This document shows positions 31,237 to 41,090 of a stretch of DNA of 64,000 bases, piece after piece (positions within the stretch are counted from its first letter, which is position 1; each line of letters opens with the position of its first letter). A program made the translations under genes and the position numbers. The notes beneath the pieces were generated by a model. The model ran no database searches. It saw nothing but the letters and a program-made list of their open reading frames with translations, and was not told the DNA's origin. The stretch is from Cenarchaeum sp. (GTDB lineage: Archaea > Thermoproteota > Nitrososphaeria > Nitrososphaerales > Nitrosopumilaceae), in the NCBI GenBank assembly GCA_965242695.1, contig CBDESU010000001.1, positions 1,920,001 to 1,984,000 on the forward strand. Reading direction: 5' to 3'.

Positions 31237-33850
31237 TGTCAACCAACTCTATAATTTTCATGGACTCTATTCCACGATCATCAATAATTTTTACTGCGGC
31301 CCTCCTATTTGATCGCGTCTTAAATGGTATTGATACAGTTCCACGATATTTTTCTAGTAAATCACAATCTATTTGTGCGTTTAGCGTTTTGGCCAGTTGA
31401 CTCCATTTGCCAATATCTTTATCCATTGGAAAAAAGATCTGTCCCGGATAGAGACTCCTGCCATCATAGTCTTCATCTAACATCCACATAGCGATTTGAG
31501 ATGTATTGCCCGATTTAATATCTTTTGTCCGTGTATCGTAATAATCAAACCCATGCAACGTAACTACGTTTAAACCATCATTAGTAGTTTGGACACTAAC
31601 ATCAGGTTGTCCCACCAGCCAGAACGAATCATTGGTTGATCGTTTTTTTCTTAAATCGCCGGTTAGTAGATCTTTGTTTATTTCAACTTTAAGAATGGTC
31701 ATTTTTGGCCAATTCGTTTCATCTATGTCTTTAGCAGCTTCAGGATCAAACTGCATAGCGGCAAATATAATTACATCGGGTTTTGGTACTAGCATACGAG
31801 CCTCTTCTAGTGCTAGCTCAACTTGTCGTGGTTCTAAAGGTGCGTGTACCGGTCCAAAGGAGATTAATGCGGTCCTATGATCATTCGTAATTTCGGCCCA
31901 TGCGTGTATCCACCGTGTCGCTGCATGTGTATCAATCCTCGTAAACTCCAACTTTTGCCCACCTTTACCACGTATTCCCGTCTTCAATAGCTCGTCGCGC
32001 CACTCTTGTTGGTACGTGCCGATATCATCCACAGGGTTTGTCCATGGTTGTGATGCCGATTTATCAAACAACGCATCAATGGATCTAGCTACAGGAGATG
32101 GAACGGATTCAATTGTAAATGGTCCCGATATCCGGCTTTTTGTGTTATCAACATCAGGATTATCGTAGAGGATTTCCACATCTGGTTTCGAATCATTAGC
32201 CAAAGATCGTAATGTGATGTGCGACGCCTCCTTGTATTTGAAGCCAAAACTAATTTGGCCATCTTGTGATACTTCCCCCCCCCCCCCCCCCCCCCCGTCT
32301 ACCTCATGTGCCAGAACGTAGTAGTCATAAAAGGCAGTCATCAATCGCTTTCTTGCCACTGCGATAGCTATCCGCGATGTGTCACAAGTGATCCACCGTC
32401 GACCCCACTTTTCAGCAACATATGCGGTAGTTCCAGAACCGCATGTGGGATCTAGCACAAGATCTCCTGGATCACTAGTCATCAATATGCACCTTTCAAT
32501 AACTTTAGGGTTTGTGCGAACAACATATAATTTTTCGCTAACAAATCCCGGTATGCTTACATCGTCCCATACGTTATTCAGGGCCAGATAGGGAAAGTCT
32601 GACAAATACCTGACGTAACACAGGGTATTCCCAGTCACAATGAGTCTCTTTTTCTTTGCCAAGTTATTCATGCCTTCCAAATTGGTCTTCCAACCTCCGG
32701 ATCCCGGATAAAATTTTTTGTGATCATACTCAAATTCATAGGTAGTGCTTTTACTGGGAGTTTGCGATGTAAGATTATCAGCATTAAATACTTTAAGATT
32801 TTTGTAGGTGTGTGGATCTTGTTTTTCGTAATTTGACAATCTTCTTCGGTTACCCTCACGATCTTCAACAAAATTATATACAGCTAAACCTCTTCCTTTT
32901 ATTTTTTCTAAATACAGCTGTCTATATTTTACCTGTTTTTTGTTTTTGGCATACCAAATTATGTAGTCATTAACAGAATCTAACAGCCCAGCGCCTTTAG
33001 CCAATGTTTTACTGAAGACAATTATCCCGCAAAAATTTTTATTGCCAAAAACTTCATCCATTACTTCTCTAACATGGTGTAAATTTTCGTTGGAAATCTG
33101 TACGAACACACTTCCGTTATCTGTAAGTAATTTCTTAGCTAAGAATAATCGATCTCTCAAATATGACAAATATGAATGTACACCAAGCTCCCACGTATCT
33201 CGAAACGCCTTGATCATTTCTGGCTCTTGTGTTAGATCCTCATCTTTACCATCTTTAGCTGTTTTTTTACTGACAAATGGTTGAAAATTGGAACCATATT
33301 TGATCCCATATGGCGGATCTATGTATATAGTCTGCACATTGGCTTCCATGCCCTCTTTCTCAAGCAGTGAGTTCATAACCAAAAGAGAATCACCTGCAAT
33401 TAATCTGTTAGACCAATCTTGATCATGCCTATAAAAGTCGATCGCTTTTCGTAATGGTAGATTATTCTCGGGTTTTTCAAAATGAGGGAAAAGTATTTGT
33501 TGTGACATATGTTCTATTTTAAGTACTTTTTCAAAAATAGTAGCAGGGTCTATCCGCTCGTGAACATGAAGTGACACAGTGTCTACATCAAACTCGTGGT
33601 TTTTGCGTTTACCAGACCATGACAGGTAGGGGTCGATTCGGGGGTCATGAACGTACTTCTTACTCGGTTCATCAGGATCCGTCCCAGGTGTGACTAGACC
33701 CGCCGGCGGGTTGTTACGTCTTTTTTCTCCACCGTGAGTGTATTGTTCAACCGACTTGTCATGCTTGGTTTTAGCAGGCTGCCGACTCTTACTACTGGCG
33801 CGCTTGTTATTTGACGATGCGGTCGCATTTGTCCCTAGCCTGTCCAACAA
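31229..33850 (-). CDS. mod: Type III DNA methyltransferase Mod subunit (beta class, m6A)
   Basis: NRLIAGDSL, IYIDPPYG, AFRDTW, LVLDPTCGSGTTA, AVKIIDDRG. Confidence 0.95.
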   Translation of the reverse strand: MLDRLGTNATASSNNKRASSKSRQPAKTKHDKSVEQYTHGGEKRRNNPPAGLVTPGTDPDEPSKKYVHDPRIDPYLSWSGKRKNHEFDVDTVSLHVHERIDPATIFEKVLKIEHMSQQILFPHFEKPENNLPLRKAIDFYRHDQDWSNRLIAGDSLLVMNSLLEKEGMEANVQTIYIDPPYGIKYGSNFQPFVSKKTAKDGKDEDLTQEPEMIKAFRDTWELGVHSYLSYLRDRLFLAKKLLTDNGSVFVQISNENLHHVREVMDEVFGNKNFCGIIVFSKTLAKGAGLLDSVNDYIIWYAKNKKQVKYRQLYLEKIKGRGLAVYNFVEDREGNRRRLSNYEKQDPHTYKNLKVFNADNLTSQTPSKSTTYEFEYDHKKFYPGSGGWKTNLEGMNNLAKKKRLIVTGNTLCYVRYLSDFPYLALNNVWDDVSIPGFVSEKLYVVRTNPKVIERCILMTSDPGDLVLDPTCGSGTTAYVAEKWGRRWITCDTSRIAIAVARKRLMTAFYDYYVLAHEVDGGGGGGGEVSQDGQISFGFKYKEASHITLRSLANDSKPDVEILYDNPDVDNTKSRISGPFTIESVPSPVARSIDALFDKSASQPWTNPVDDIGTYQQEWRDELLKTGIRGKGGQKLEFTRIDTHAATRWIHAWAEITNDHRTALISFGPVHAPLEPRQVELALEEARMLVPKPDVIIFAAMQFDPEAAKDIDETNWPKMTILKVEINKDLLTGDLRKKRSTNDSFWLVGQPDVSVQTTNDGLNVVTLHGFDYYDTRTKDIKSGNTSQIAMWMLDEDYDGRSLYPGQIFFPMDKDIGKWSQLAKTLNAQIDCDLLEKYRGTVSIPFKTRSNRRAAVKIIDDRGIESMKIIELVDNA
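32275..32296 (-). repeat. G22 homopolymer in the mod coding strand (reads D-G7-E)
   Basis: 22 consecutive C on the plus strand. Confidence 0.95.
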
Positions 33851-33870
33851 AATCTGCGCTTTATGGCCTA

Positions 33871-33878
33871 TTTATAAA
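33871..33878 (-). promoter_or_regulatory. Archaeal TATA box for mod-res
   Basis: TTTATAAA 21-28 nt upstream of the mod TTG start. Confidence 0.6.
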
Positions 33879-34017
33879 GCATGGGAGAGGCCACCTCGGT
33901 TGTACACCCAACTTGTTCGAGGCACGCAGGATCGTATGATGCCACATTAATAAGTTCGTAGCGATCGTAGACAAAAGCGGTGTGTCTGACGGTACAGACA
34001 CCAACTGGCGGCCAGGC

Positions 34018-34482
34018 CTAGTACAGCCCAGCCGCCTCGTCCTTGAGGCTCTCGAGGTCGCCGTTGCCGCCGCCTCCCTGCGGCCCGCCCTTTGCCAGGT
34101 GCGTGTACAGGGCGTACTTTAGGACCTTTAGCGACAGCAGGGCGCACTTTATGCGCACGGCCTGGAGGTGCTCGAGGCCGAGCTCGCCGAGCACGTCGTC
34201 CTTTGAGATGGCGCGCGCCTCGTCGAGCGTCCTGCCCTTTGCCATCTCGGTGAGGACGGACGAGCATGCCATGCATATGGCGCAGCCCTTGCCGTGGAAC
34301 TTGATGTCCGACACGCGGCCGTCGGCGAACTTTAGGTCTATGTCGATGCTGTCGCCGCACAGCGGGTTCGAGTCGTGGTATGTCGCATCCGGCGCGTCGA
34401 TCTCGCCGTAGTTGAGGGGGTTGCGCGAGTAGTCTATGATCATCTCGTGGTATATGGCATCGCCGGCGCCCCCCGCGCCCAT
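34018..34482 (-). CDS. Fe-S cluster scaffold, IscU/SufU family
   Basis: NPLCGD, GKGCAIC, RIKCALL. Confidence 0.94.
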   Translation of the reverse strand: MGAGGAGDAIYHEMIIDYSRNPLNYGEIDAPDATYHDSNPLCGDSIDIDLKFADGRVSDIKFHGKGCAICMACSSVLTEMAKGRTLDEARAISKDDVLGELGLEHLQAVRIKCALLSLKVLKYALYTHLAKGGPQGGGGNGDLESLKDEAAGLY

Positions 34483-34486
34483 TCCG

Positions 34487-35875
34487 CTACCCAAGCTTGA
34501 ACAGCCTCGCTACCTTTTGAAGCGACCCGACGAGCGCATCTATGTCGGCTCGCGTGTTGTACACGTACACGCTTGCGCGGTTCGTCGCGGCCACGTCCAG
34601 CCGCTCCATGAGCACCTGCGCGCAGTGGTGCCCCGACCGTATCGCGATCCCCTCGTCGTCTATTATCTGGGCGACGTCGTGGGGGTGCACGTCAGCAAAG
34701 TTGAACGACACGACGCCGCCCCGCCTAGAGGCGTCGCGCGGGCCGTACACCCTCACGCCGGGCACGGCCGACATCCTCTCGAGCGCGTACTCGGTGAGGT
34801 CTTTTTCGTGGGCGCGCACGCTCTCCATGCCCAGGCCCGACAGGTAGTCGACGGCGGCCGCCAGGCCGATGACGTCGGCTATGCTCGGCGTGCCGGCCTC
34901 GAACTTGTATGGGAGGTCGTTCCACGTCGTCTCCTGCTTGTGTACCTCGCGGATCATGTCGCCGCCGCCCTGGAACGGCGCCATGGCGTCGAGCAGCCCG
35001 CGGCGGGCCCACAGCACGCCGATCCCCGTGGGCCCGAGCATCTTGTGGCCCGAAAAGGCGAAAAAGTCGCAGCCGAGCGAGGCAATGTCGACGGGCATGT
35101 GCGGGACTGCCTGCGCGCCGTCGACGAGCGTCAGGGCGCCGGCGGCGCGGCACATCGATATGATGCGCGGCGCGTCGCTTATCGTGCCGAGGACGTTCGA
35201 CATGAGGCTGAACGCGACGAGCCGCACGCGGCCGCCGGCGAGGAGCCGCTCGAGGTCGGACAGGACCAGCTCGCCGTCGTCGTCGACGCCGACGTACTCG
35301 AGGCGGGCGCCGGTCTCGCGCGCGAGCAGCTGCCACGGCACGATGTTGCTGTGGTGCTCGTACTCGGTCGTGACGATCACGTCGCCCTCGCGCACGTTGG
35401 CGCGCCCCCAAGAGTACGCCACAAGGTTTATCGCCTCGGTCGTGCCCCGCACGAACACGATCTCCTCGCGCGACGGCGCGCCGACGAACGATGCGATCCG
35501 GTCGCGCGCCGACTCGTACGCGGCCGTCGCCTCCTCGGCCAGCGCGTACACGGCCCTGTGTATGTTTGCGTTGTAGCCGCGGTAGTAGTCCGAGATCGCG
35601 CCGATTACGCTCTCCGGCTTCTGCGTCGTCGATGCGTTGTCCAGGTAGACGAGCGGCTTGCCGCCGCGGACCGTCCTCGAGAGTATCGGAAAGTCGCCGC
35701 GTATGTCCTCGGCGGTGCGGGGCCTCCGGCCGCTTCCGCCGCCGCCGCCGGCGCCGTCCCGCCCCGCCTCCGCCTCCGCCTCCGCCTGCATCTGCGCCGC
35801 GCCGGCGCCCCCGTGCGCCCGCGGGGCGGCGAGCTTGGCCGCAGAAGCCGCCACCGCGCCCGCATCCGCGCCCAT
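34487..35875 (-). CDS. sufS: Cysteine desulfurase, SufS type
   Basis: YLDNASTTQKP, EHHSN, DGAQ, SGHKMLGP, RSGHHCA. Confidence 0.96.
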   Translation of the reverse strand: MGADAGAVAASAAKLAAPRAHGGAGAAQMQAEAEAEAGRDGAGGGGGSGRRPRTAEDIRGDFPILSRTVRGGKPLVYLDNASTTQKPESVIGAISDYYRGYNANIHRAVYALAEEATAAYESARDRIASFVGAPSREEIVFVRGTTEAINLVAYSWGRANVREGDVIVTTEYEHHSNIVPWQLLARETGARLEYVGVDDDGELVLSDLERLLAGGRVRLVAFSLMSNVLGTISDAPRIISMCRAAGALTLVDGAQAVPHMPVDIASLGCDFFAFSGHKMLGPTGIGVLWARRGLLDAMAPFQGGGDMIREVHKQETTWNDLPYKFEAGTPSIADVIGLAAAVDYLSGLGMESVRAHEKDLTEYALERMSAVPGVRVYGPRDASRRGGVVSFNFADVHPHDVAQIIDDEGIAIRSGHHCAQVLMERLDVAATNRASVYVYNTRADIDALVGSLQKVARLFKLG

Positions 35876-35879
35876 CGGG

Positions 35880-36191
35880 TCACACCTCGACGTAGATGGC
35901 ATCGCCCTCGACCTTTACGGGGTACGTCGCCATCGGCTCGGTCGCAGGCGGGTTCTGCGGCTTGCCGGTCTTTGGATCGAACAGCGACAGGTGCACGGGG
36001 CACATGAGGCCGCCGGCGCGCACGTAGGCCTCGGACATGTCGGCGTCCTCGTGCGTGCACCTGTCGGACGAGGCGTACACGGTCCCCTGGAGCCGGACGA
36101 GCAGCACTCGCTTCCCGCCTGGCAGGGTCGCTATGTGTATGAGGCCCTCCCGCACGGTCCTGTCCCTGCACACCCTGGTCCACTCTCCCAT
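35880..36191 (-). CDS. Rieske-type ferredoxin
   Basis: CTH...CPVH. Confidence 0.92.
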   Translation of the reverse strand: MGEWTRVCRDRTVREGLIHIATLPGGKRVLLVRLQGTVYASSDRCTHEDADMSEAYVRAGGLMCPVHLSLFDPKTGKPQNPPATEPMATYPVKVEGDAIYVEV

Positions 36192-36198
36192 CCCGCGC

Positions 36199-37719
36199 TC
36201 ACCTGTACTTGTAGTGCTGCTCGATCTCGGCATCCTCGTTGTACCTAGTCTCCTCGACCTCTATGAACCGGCGCAGCTCCTCGTCCGTGTTTATCGAGAG
36301 GGACCTGCCCTCCCACTTGGACTCGATCAGGTGGGCGATCCACGCGCGGACCTGGTACGACATGCGGCGCGAGAGGGGCTCGAGAAAGCCCTCTACTATG
36401 GTCCGCTCGGCCTCGCGGCGCGAGAGGCACCTGCTCTGCAGGTAGAATATCTGCTCCTCGTCGATCTGGGCGACCGACGCCGAGTGCGTCGCCTTTACGT
36501 CGTTGGTGAGTATCTCTAGGCCCGGGATGGCGTCGGACTTTGCGTCGGCGTCGAGCAGGATCGAGCGCCCCGACAGGTACGAGTTGGACTTTGACGCGCC
36601 CTCCATGATGCGGATCATCCCCTTGAAGAGCGACCGCGACGAGCCGCGCAGTATGGACTTTTCAATGATGCGCGCCTCGGTCGACGGGGCCTCGTGGTTG
36701 GCGTTGGACTGGAGGTCGAACGACTGCGCGCCGCTGCCGAACGCGACCTCCGAGTCGTTTGCAGACGCGCCGGCGCCGGCCAGGTGGTAGTCGGTGCGGT
36801 AGCGCGACAGGGACGAGCCGAACAGCCCCAGGTACCAGTTTACCTGCCCGTCTACCTCGACCTCGGTCCGGCGCGTCGAAAAGTTGACCGCATCCTCGCC
36901 GAGCATCTGCAGGGTCGTCGCACCCAGCCTGGCGCCGCGGCCCACGCGGGCGCCGAGGAGCTCGAGGTACGCAGGCTGCGCGCCGGCGCCCTGCCCGCCC
37001 TCCCCCGATGCGGCCCCCCGAGGCTGCGAGTAGAGCTCCTGCACGATCGTCGCGCTACTGTTCTCGCCGGCGATCACGACGTTGCGCGATATGGCGGACG
37101 AGAGCGATGCGGGGCCGGGGCCGCCGTCCCCCTCCTCGAGGCACGTGAGCATGTGTATTGGCCCGTCGATCGCGGCCCCGTCCGGCACCATCACGAACAT
37201 GCCCGAGCCGAACGCGGCGTTGTTCAGGGCCGTGAAGCGGTCCTCGTGCGGGTCGGATCTCAGGAGCGCATCGCGCACGGCGGCCGGATGCTCGCGGACG
37301 GCGTCGAGGACGGGCATGGCGACGAGGCCGGCATCGCGCGCCTGCTCGGACAGCGAAAAGGCCCCCGTGCGCGATCCCACCTGGACCGCGTACGTCTGCC
37401 CCTCCAGCTCGGCCACGCGGCGCTCGAGGACGGGCGGCATGCGCGCCGGCGCTCCGGCGCGCTCCGGCCCGCCGACCGGCACCCTGGAGGGATCCATGCG
37501 CGCCGCCTCCGTGTACTTGCCGTACAGGGGGGACGTCTCGATCGGGAGGCGCTCGTACGCGGACGCCGCGCTGCGGCGGTAGTCTGCTAGCCACGACGGC
37601 TCGCCGGCCAGGCTGGAAATGCGCTCGACGTACGCGGCGTCGATTTCGGCCAGCGTCTGCGCGCCGTCCCCGGCCCCGCGCCGCTCCTGCCCGGCCGCCT
37701 GCGCATCCATTGGAACCAC
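36199..37719 (-). CDS. sufD: Fe-S assembly protein SufD
   Basis: PGLEILTNDVKATHSASV, FYLQSR. Confidence 0.93.
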   Translation of the reverse strand: MVPMDAQAAGQERRGAGDGAQTLAEIDAAYVERISSLAGEPSWLADYRRSAASAYERLPIETSPLYGKYTEAARMDPSRVPVGGPERAGAPARMPPVLERRVAELEGQTYAVQVGSRTGAFSLSEQARDAGLVAMPVLDAVREHPAAVRDALLRSDPHEDRFTALNNAAFGSGMFVMVPDGAAIDGPIHMLTCLEEGDGGPGPASLSSAISRNVVIAGENSSATIVQELYSQPRGAASGEGGQGAGAQPAYLELLGARVGRGARLGATTLQMLGEDAVNFSTRRTEVEVDGQVNWYLGLFGSSLSRYRTDYHLAGAGASANDSEVAFGSGAQSFDLQSNANHEAPSTEARIIEKSILRGSSRSLFKGMIRIMEGASKSNSYLSGRSILLDADAKSDAIPGLEILTNDVKATHSASVAQIDEEQIFYLQSRCLSRREAERTIVEGFLEPLSRRMSYQVRAWIAHLIESKWEGRSLSINTDEELRRFIEVEETRYNEDAEIEQHYKYR

Positions 37720-37738
37720 GCCCGCTCCCGCCCGGCGA

Positions 37739-39145
37739 TCAGCCCACCGAGTCGTCCATCTCTAGCTTTATGAGGCGGTTGAGCTCTACGGCGTACTCCA
37801 TGGGCAGCTCCTTGGTGAACGGCTCCATGAACCCGTTGACGATCAGGCTCAGGGCGTCCTCCTCGCTGAAACCGCGCGTCATGAGGTAGAATATCTGCTC
37901 GTCGCCGATCTTGCCGACGGTCGCCTCGTGCGTAATGGTCGCATCCTCTTGGTTGATCTCCATGTACGGGTACGTGTCGGTCTTTGACGTGTCGTCGAGC
38001 AGCAGCGCATCGCATCGGACGGTCGACTTTACGCCGGTCGCCCCCTTTGCGACGTTGAGCAGGCCCCTGTACGTAGAGCGCCCGTCGAGGCGGCTGACCG
38101 ACTTTGAGGTGATCTTCGAGGTCGTGTCGGGCGCAAGGTGGACCATCTTTGCGCCCGTGTCCTGGTGCTGCCCCTTGCCGGCAAACGCGATCGACAGCGT
38201 CTCGCCGTACGCCCTCTCGCCGAGCAGGTACACGCCGGGGTACTTCATCGTGATGCGGCTGCCGATGTTTCCGTCGATCCACTCGACGGTCGCCCCCTCG
38301 TACGCGTACGCCCTCTTTGTGACCAGGTTGTACACGTCGTTGCTCCAGTTCTGGATCGTCGTGTACCGGAGCTTTGCATCCTTGTGGGCCACGAGCTCGA
38401 CGACGGCCGAGTGCAGCGACTCGGAAGAGTACACCGGGGCCGTGCAGCCCTCGATGTAGTGGACGCTCGCGCCCTCGTCGACGACGATGAGGGTGCGCTC
38501 AAACTGCCCAATGTTCTCGGCGTTGATCCTAAAGTACGCCTGTAGCGGCATGTCGACGGAGACGCCGGGCGGGACATAGATGAAGGATCCGCCGCTCCAC
38601 ACGGCGCTGTTGAGGGCGGCAAACTTGTTGTCCTCGGGCGGAATGACCTTGCCAAAGTGCTTGCGGAACAGCTCGGGCTGCTCCTTGAGGGCCGTGTCCG
38701 TATCCAGGAAGAGGACGCCCTGCTTTGCAAGGTCCTCGCGCAGGTTGTGGTAGACGACCTCGGACTCGTACTGCGCGCCGACGCCGGCAAGGAACTTTTT
38801 CTCGGCCTCTGGAATACCGAGCTTGTCGAACGTGCTCTTGACGTCGGCCGGCACGTCGTCCCAGCTCTTTTCGGTCTTTTCCGAGGCCTTTGCGTAGTAG
38901 TATATGTTCTGAAAGTCGATCGAGCTCAGGTCGGCGCCCCAGCCGGGCATCGGCTTCTTCATGAACGTCTCGTACGAGCGCAGCCTAAAGTCGAGCATCC
39001 ACTGCGGCTCTTCCTTCATGCGGCTGATCCCCTCGACGACCTCGCGCGAGAGGCCCTTCTTGCTGAGGTGGACGTACATGTCCGTAGAGTCCTTGAAGTC
39101 GTACTTTGAGTAGTCCATCTCGAGGTTCTCGGCGACCTGTGCCAT
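37739..39145 (-). CDS. sufB: Fe-S assembly protein SufB
   Basis: [31 protein letters not shown]. Confidence 0.97.
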   Translation of the reverse strand: MAQVAENLEMDYSKYDFKDSTDMYVHLSKKGLSREVVEGISRMKEEPQWMLDFRLRSYETFMKKPMPGWGADLSSIDFQNIYYYAKASEKTEKSWDDVPADVKSTFDKLGIPEAEKKFLAGVGAQYESEVVYHNLREDLAKQGVLFLDTDTALKEQPELFRKHFGKVIPPEDNKFAALNSAVWSGGSFIYVPPGVSVDMPLQAYFRINAENIGQFERTLIVVDEGASVHYIEGCTAPVYSSESLHSAVVELVAHKDAKLRYTTIQNWSNDVYNLVTKRAYAYEGATVEWIDGNIGSRITMKYPGVYLLGERAYGETLSIAFAGKGQHQDTGAKMVHLAPDTTSKITSKSVSRLDGRSTYRGLLNVAKGATGVKSTVRCDALLLDDTSKTDTYPYMEINQEDATITHEATVGKIGDEQIFYLMTRGFSEEDALSLIVNGFMEPFTKELPMEYAVELNRLIKLEMDDSVG

Positions 39146-39210
39146 GCCCGCGGCCCCCGATATTGGGTATAACAAGGCTCGCATTTTAAGGGCTAGCTAA
39201 CTAGGTTGAG

Positions 39211-40023
39211 CTAACGCAGTATGGCATCGAGCGCGCCGCGGACGGTTCCATCGGCCGGGACTAGGATAGTGGAATCGGCGGCGGCATCGGCTCCTAGCAG
39301 GGCGGCCAGTTCTCCCGACGTGAGTGGGCCGAGGGTGGCCACGCGCGCCCGCCCGAGCATCTCGGCGGTGCGGCCGCGGTCCAGGCCGCGCCGATCCATG
39401 GCCTCGAATATCGCCCGCGCCGACGACGGGCTGGTCACCACGATGCCTCGCAGCCGCCCGGCGGCAAGGGCCGAGTGCAGCTCGGCCCAGTGGGGGCCGT
39501 CGGGGGTCGTTCGCGCGTCGTACGTGAAGACCTCTGCCACGCGCATGCCGATCTTTTCGAGCAGGAGGCGCAGGAAGGGGCGCGATGCGGCGCTGCGCGG
39601 GATTATTGCTGTGCGGCCTGCCGCGCCGACCCTGGTGAGCGCCTCGCCTATGCCGACCGACGAGTAGCGGCCCGGCGGCGGCATGTGGGCCGTGCGGATG
39701 GACAGGGCCGAGAGGGCGTCGCGTGTGCGCGGCCCGACTGCGACGACGGCCGTGTTCATGACGGCCTCGCGCATCTCGGCGGTGCGCGAGGCGCGCTCGG
39801 CCGCGTCGAACAGGATAGAGACCGCCTTTGAGCTCAGGAAGATCGTATAGTCGGGGTCGTGATCGGATGCGGCGCGCAGGAATTCGTCGGCAAGGGCACC
39901 GGTGCGCGCGACAAGTTCGATCGCGGGCACGGCAAGCGAGGTCACGCCGGCCTCCCCTGCCATGCTGGCAAACTCGGCCGCGTCGGCGGGCGAGCGGGTT
40001 ATCGCCACGACGGGGCTGGTCAT
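39211..40023 (-). CDS. hemD: Uroporphyrinogen-III synthase
   Basis: ITRS, AVGPRT, TSPSS, LGPLT; position in hem operon. Confidence 0.9.
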   Translation of the reverse strand: MTSPVVAITRSPADAAEFASMAGEAGVTSLAVPAIELVARTGALADEFLRAASDHDPDYTIFLSSKAVSILFDAAERASRTAEMREAVMNTAVVAVGPRTRDALSALSIRTAHMPPPGRYSSVGIGEALTRVGAAGRTAIIPRSAASRPFLRLLLEKIGMRVAEVFTYDARTTPDGPHWAELHSALAAGRLRGIVVTSPSSARAIFEAMDRRGLDRGRTAEMLGRARVATLGPLTSGELAALLGADAAADSTILVPADGTVRGALDAILR

Positions 40024-41090
40024 TGTGTTTTGGACCTCCTTGATGCGCGGCGGCGCGGGGCGGGATCGCCCTGACGCGACGGCGGGGCGCGGGGCGCAGT
40101 TTTGGCAGGCCGTCGGGTTTTTGCAGGCTTTGCGGGTTTGCGCGCAGTTGCGGGTTTGCGCGCCCTCATGAATTTTGTGGTCTTGCTCGCCTTGCCGGTC
40201 TTGCTCGCCTTGCCGGTCTTGCTCGCCTTGCCGGTCTTGCTCGCCTTGCCGGTCTTGCTCGCCTTGCCGGTCTTGCTCGCCTTGCCGGTCTTGCTTGTCT
40301 TGCCGGTTCTAGGCGGCCCCGCTACCGGCGCACTGTGCGCTCCCAGGGGCGGCAGGCCGGCGACTGCCCCGATGATGATGTTTGCGGGCGGGCGCATGCC
40401 GGCCGCCCTCACGGCATCGTCGATGTCCGATACAGTTCCGCGCACCGACCGGTGCCTGGGGGTGGTGCCATTCTCTACGACCGCCACCGGCGTCGACGGA
40501 TCGAGCCCGCCCAAGATCAGCTCGTCGCATATGAGACGCAGCCTTGACAGACCCATCATTACGACTATCGTGTCGACCGACCGGGCCAGCTGCCTCCACT
40601 CCACGGCGCCCCTCTTCTTGGACGGGTCCTCGTGGCCTGCGACGAACGCGACAGACGAGGACACGGCGCGGTGCGTGAGGGGTATGCCCTCGTACGCGGC
40701 CGAGCCGGCGCCCGAGGTGATGCCCGGGACAAACTCGCACTCGACGCCGTGCTGCGCGAGGAACTCGGCCTCTTCGCCGCCGCGGCCGAACATGGTCGGA
40801 TCGCCGCCCTTGAGCCGGACGACCGTGCCGACGCTGCCGGCAGAGGTGGCCGCCTCCAGCATCGCGCGGTTCGTCGCGTCCTGGTGCGTCGTGTCGTCGC
40901 CGACGGCCCTGCCGACATAGACGAGGCGCGCCGTGCGCGGGATCATTGCAAGCACGCCCCTGCCGACCAGCCTGTCGTACAGGACCACGTCGGCGCGGCG
41001 CAGCAGGTCGGCCGCCCCCACGGTGAGGAGGCGCTCATCGCCGGGTCCGGCCCCGACCAGGTAGACCTTTGCGGCAGGGGCCGGCATCAC
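40020..41090 (-). CDS. cobA: Uroporphyrinogen-III C-methyltransferase with basic repeat tail
   Basis: LVGAGPGD, LYDRLV, RLKGGDP..FGRGGEE, VPGITS. Confidence 0.96.
   Translation of the reverse strand: MMPAPAAKVYLVGAGPGDERLLTVGAADLLRRADVVLYDRLVGRGVLAMIPRTARLVYVGRAVGDDTTHQDATNRAMLEAATSAGSVGTVVRLKGGDPTMFGRGGEEAEFLAQHGVECEFVPGITSGAGSAAYEGIPLTHRAVSSSVAFVAGHEDPSKKRGAVEWRQLARSVDTIVVMMGLSRLRLICDELILGGLDPSTPVAVVENGTTPRHRSVRGTVSDIDDAVRAAGMRPPANIIIGAVAGLPPLGAHSAPVAGPPRTGKTSKTGKASKTGKASKTGKASKTGKASKTGKASKTGKASKTTKFMRARKPATARKPAKPAKTRRPAKTAPRAPPSRQGDPAPRRRASRRSKTQ
40179..40304. repeat. 18-bp coding tandem repeat (KTGKAS) x6 plus 1 variant
   Basis: GGTCTTGCTCGCCTTGCC units from 40179. Confidence 0.97.

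Larger units (their letters stand above)
28140..33975. other. AT-rich horizontally acquired island (Type III R-M)
   Basis: Abrupt switch from very high GC to AT-rich sequence between purN and the suf operon; boundaries approximate; no integrase or att repeat seen. Confidence 0.9.
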
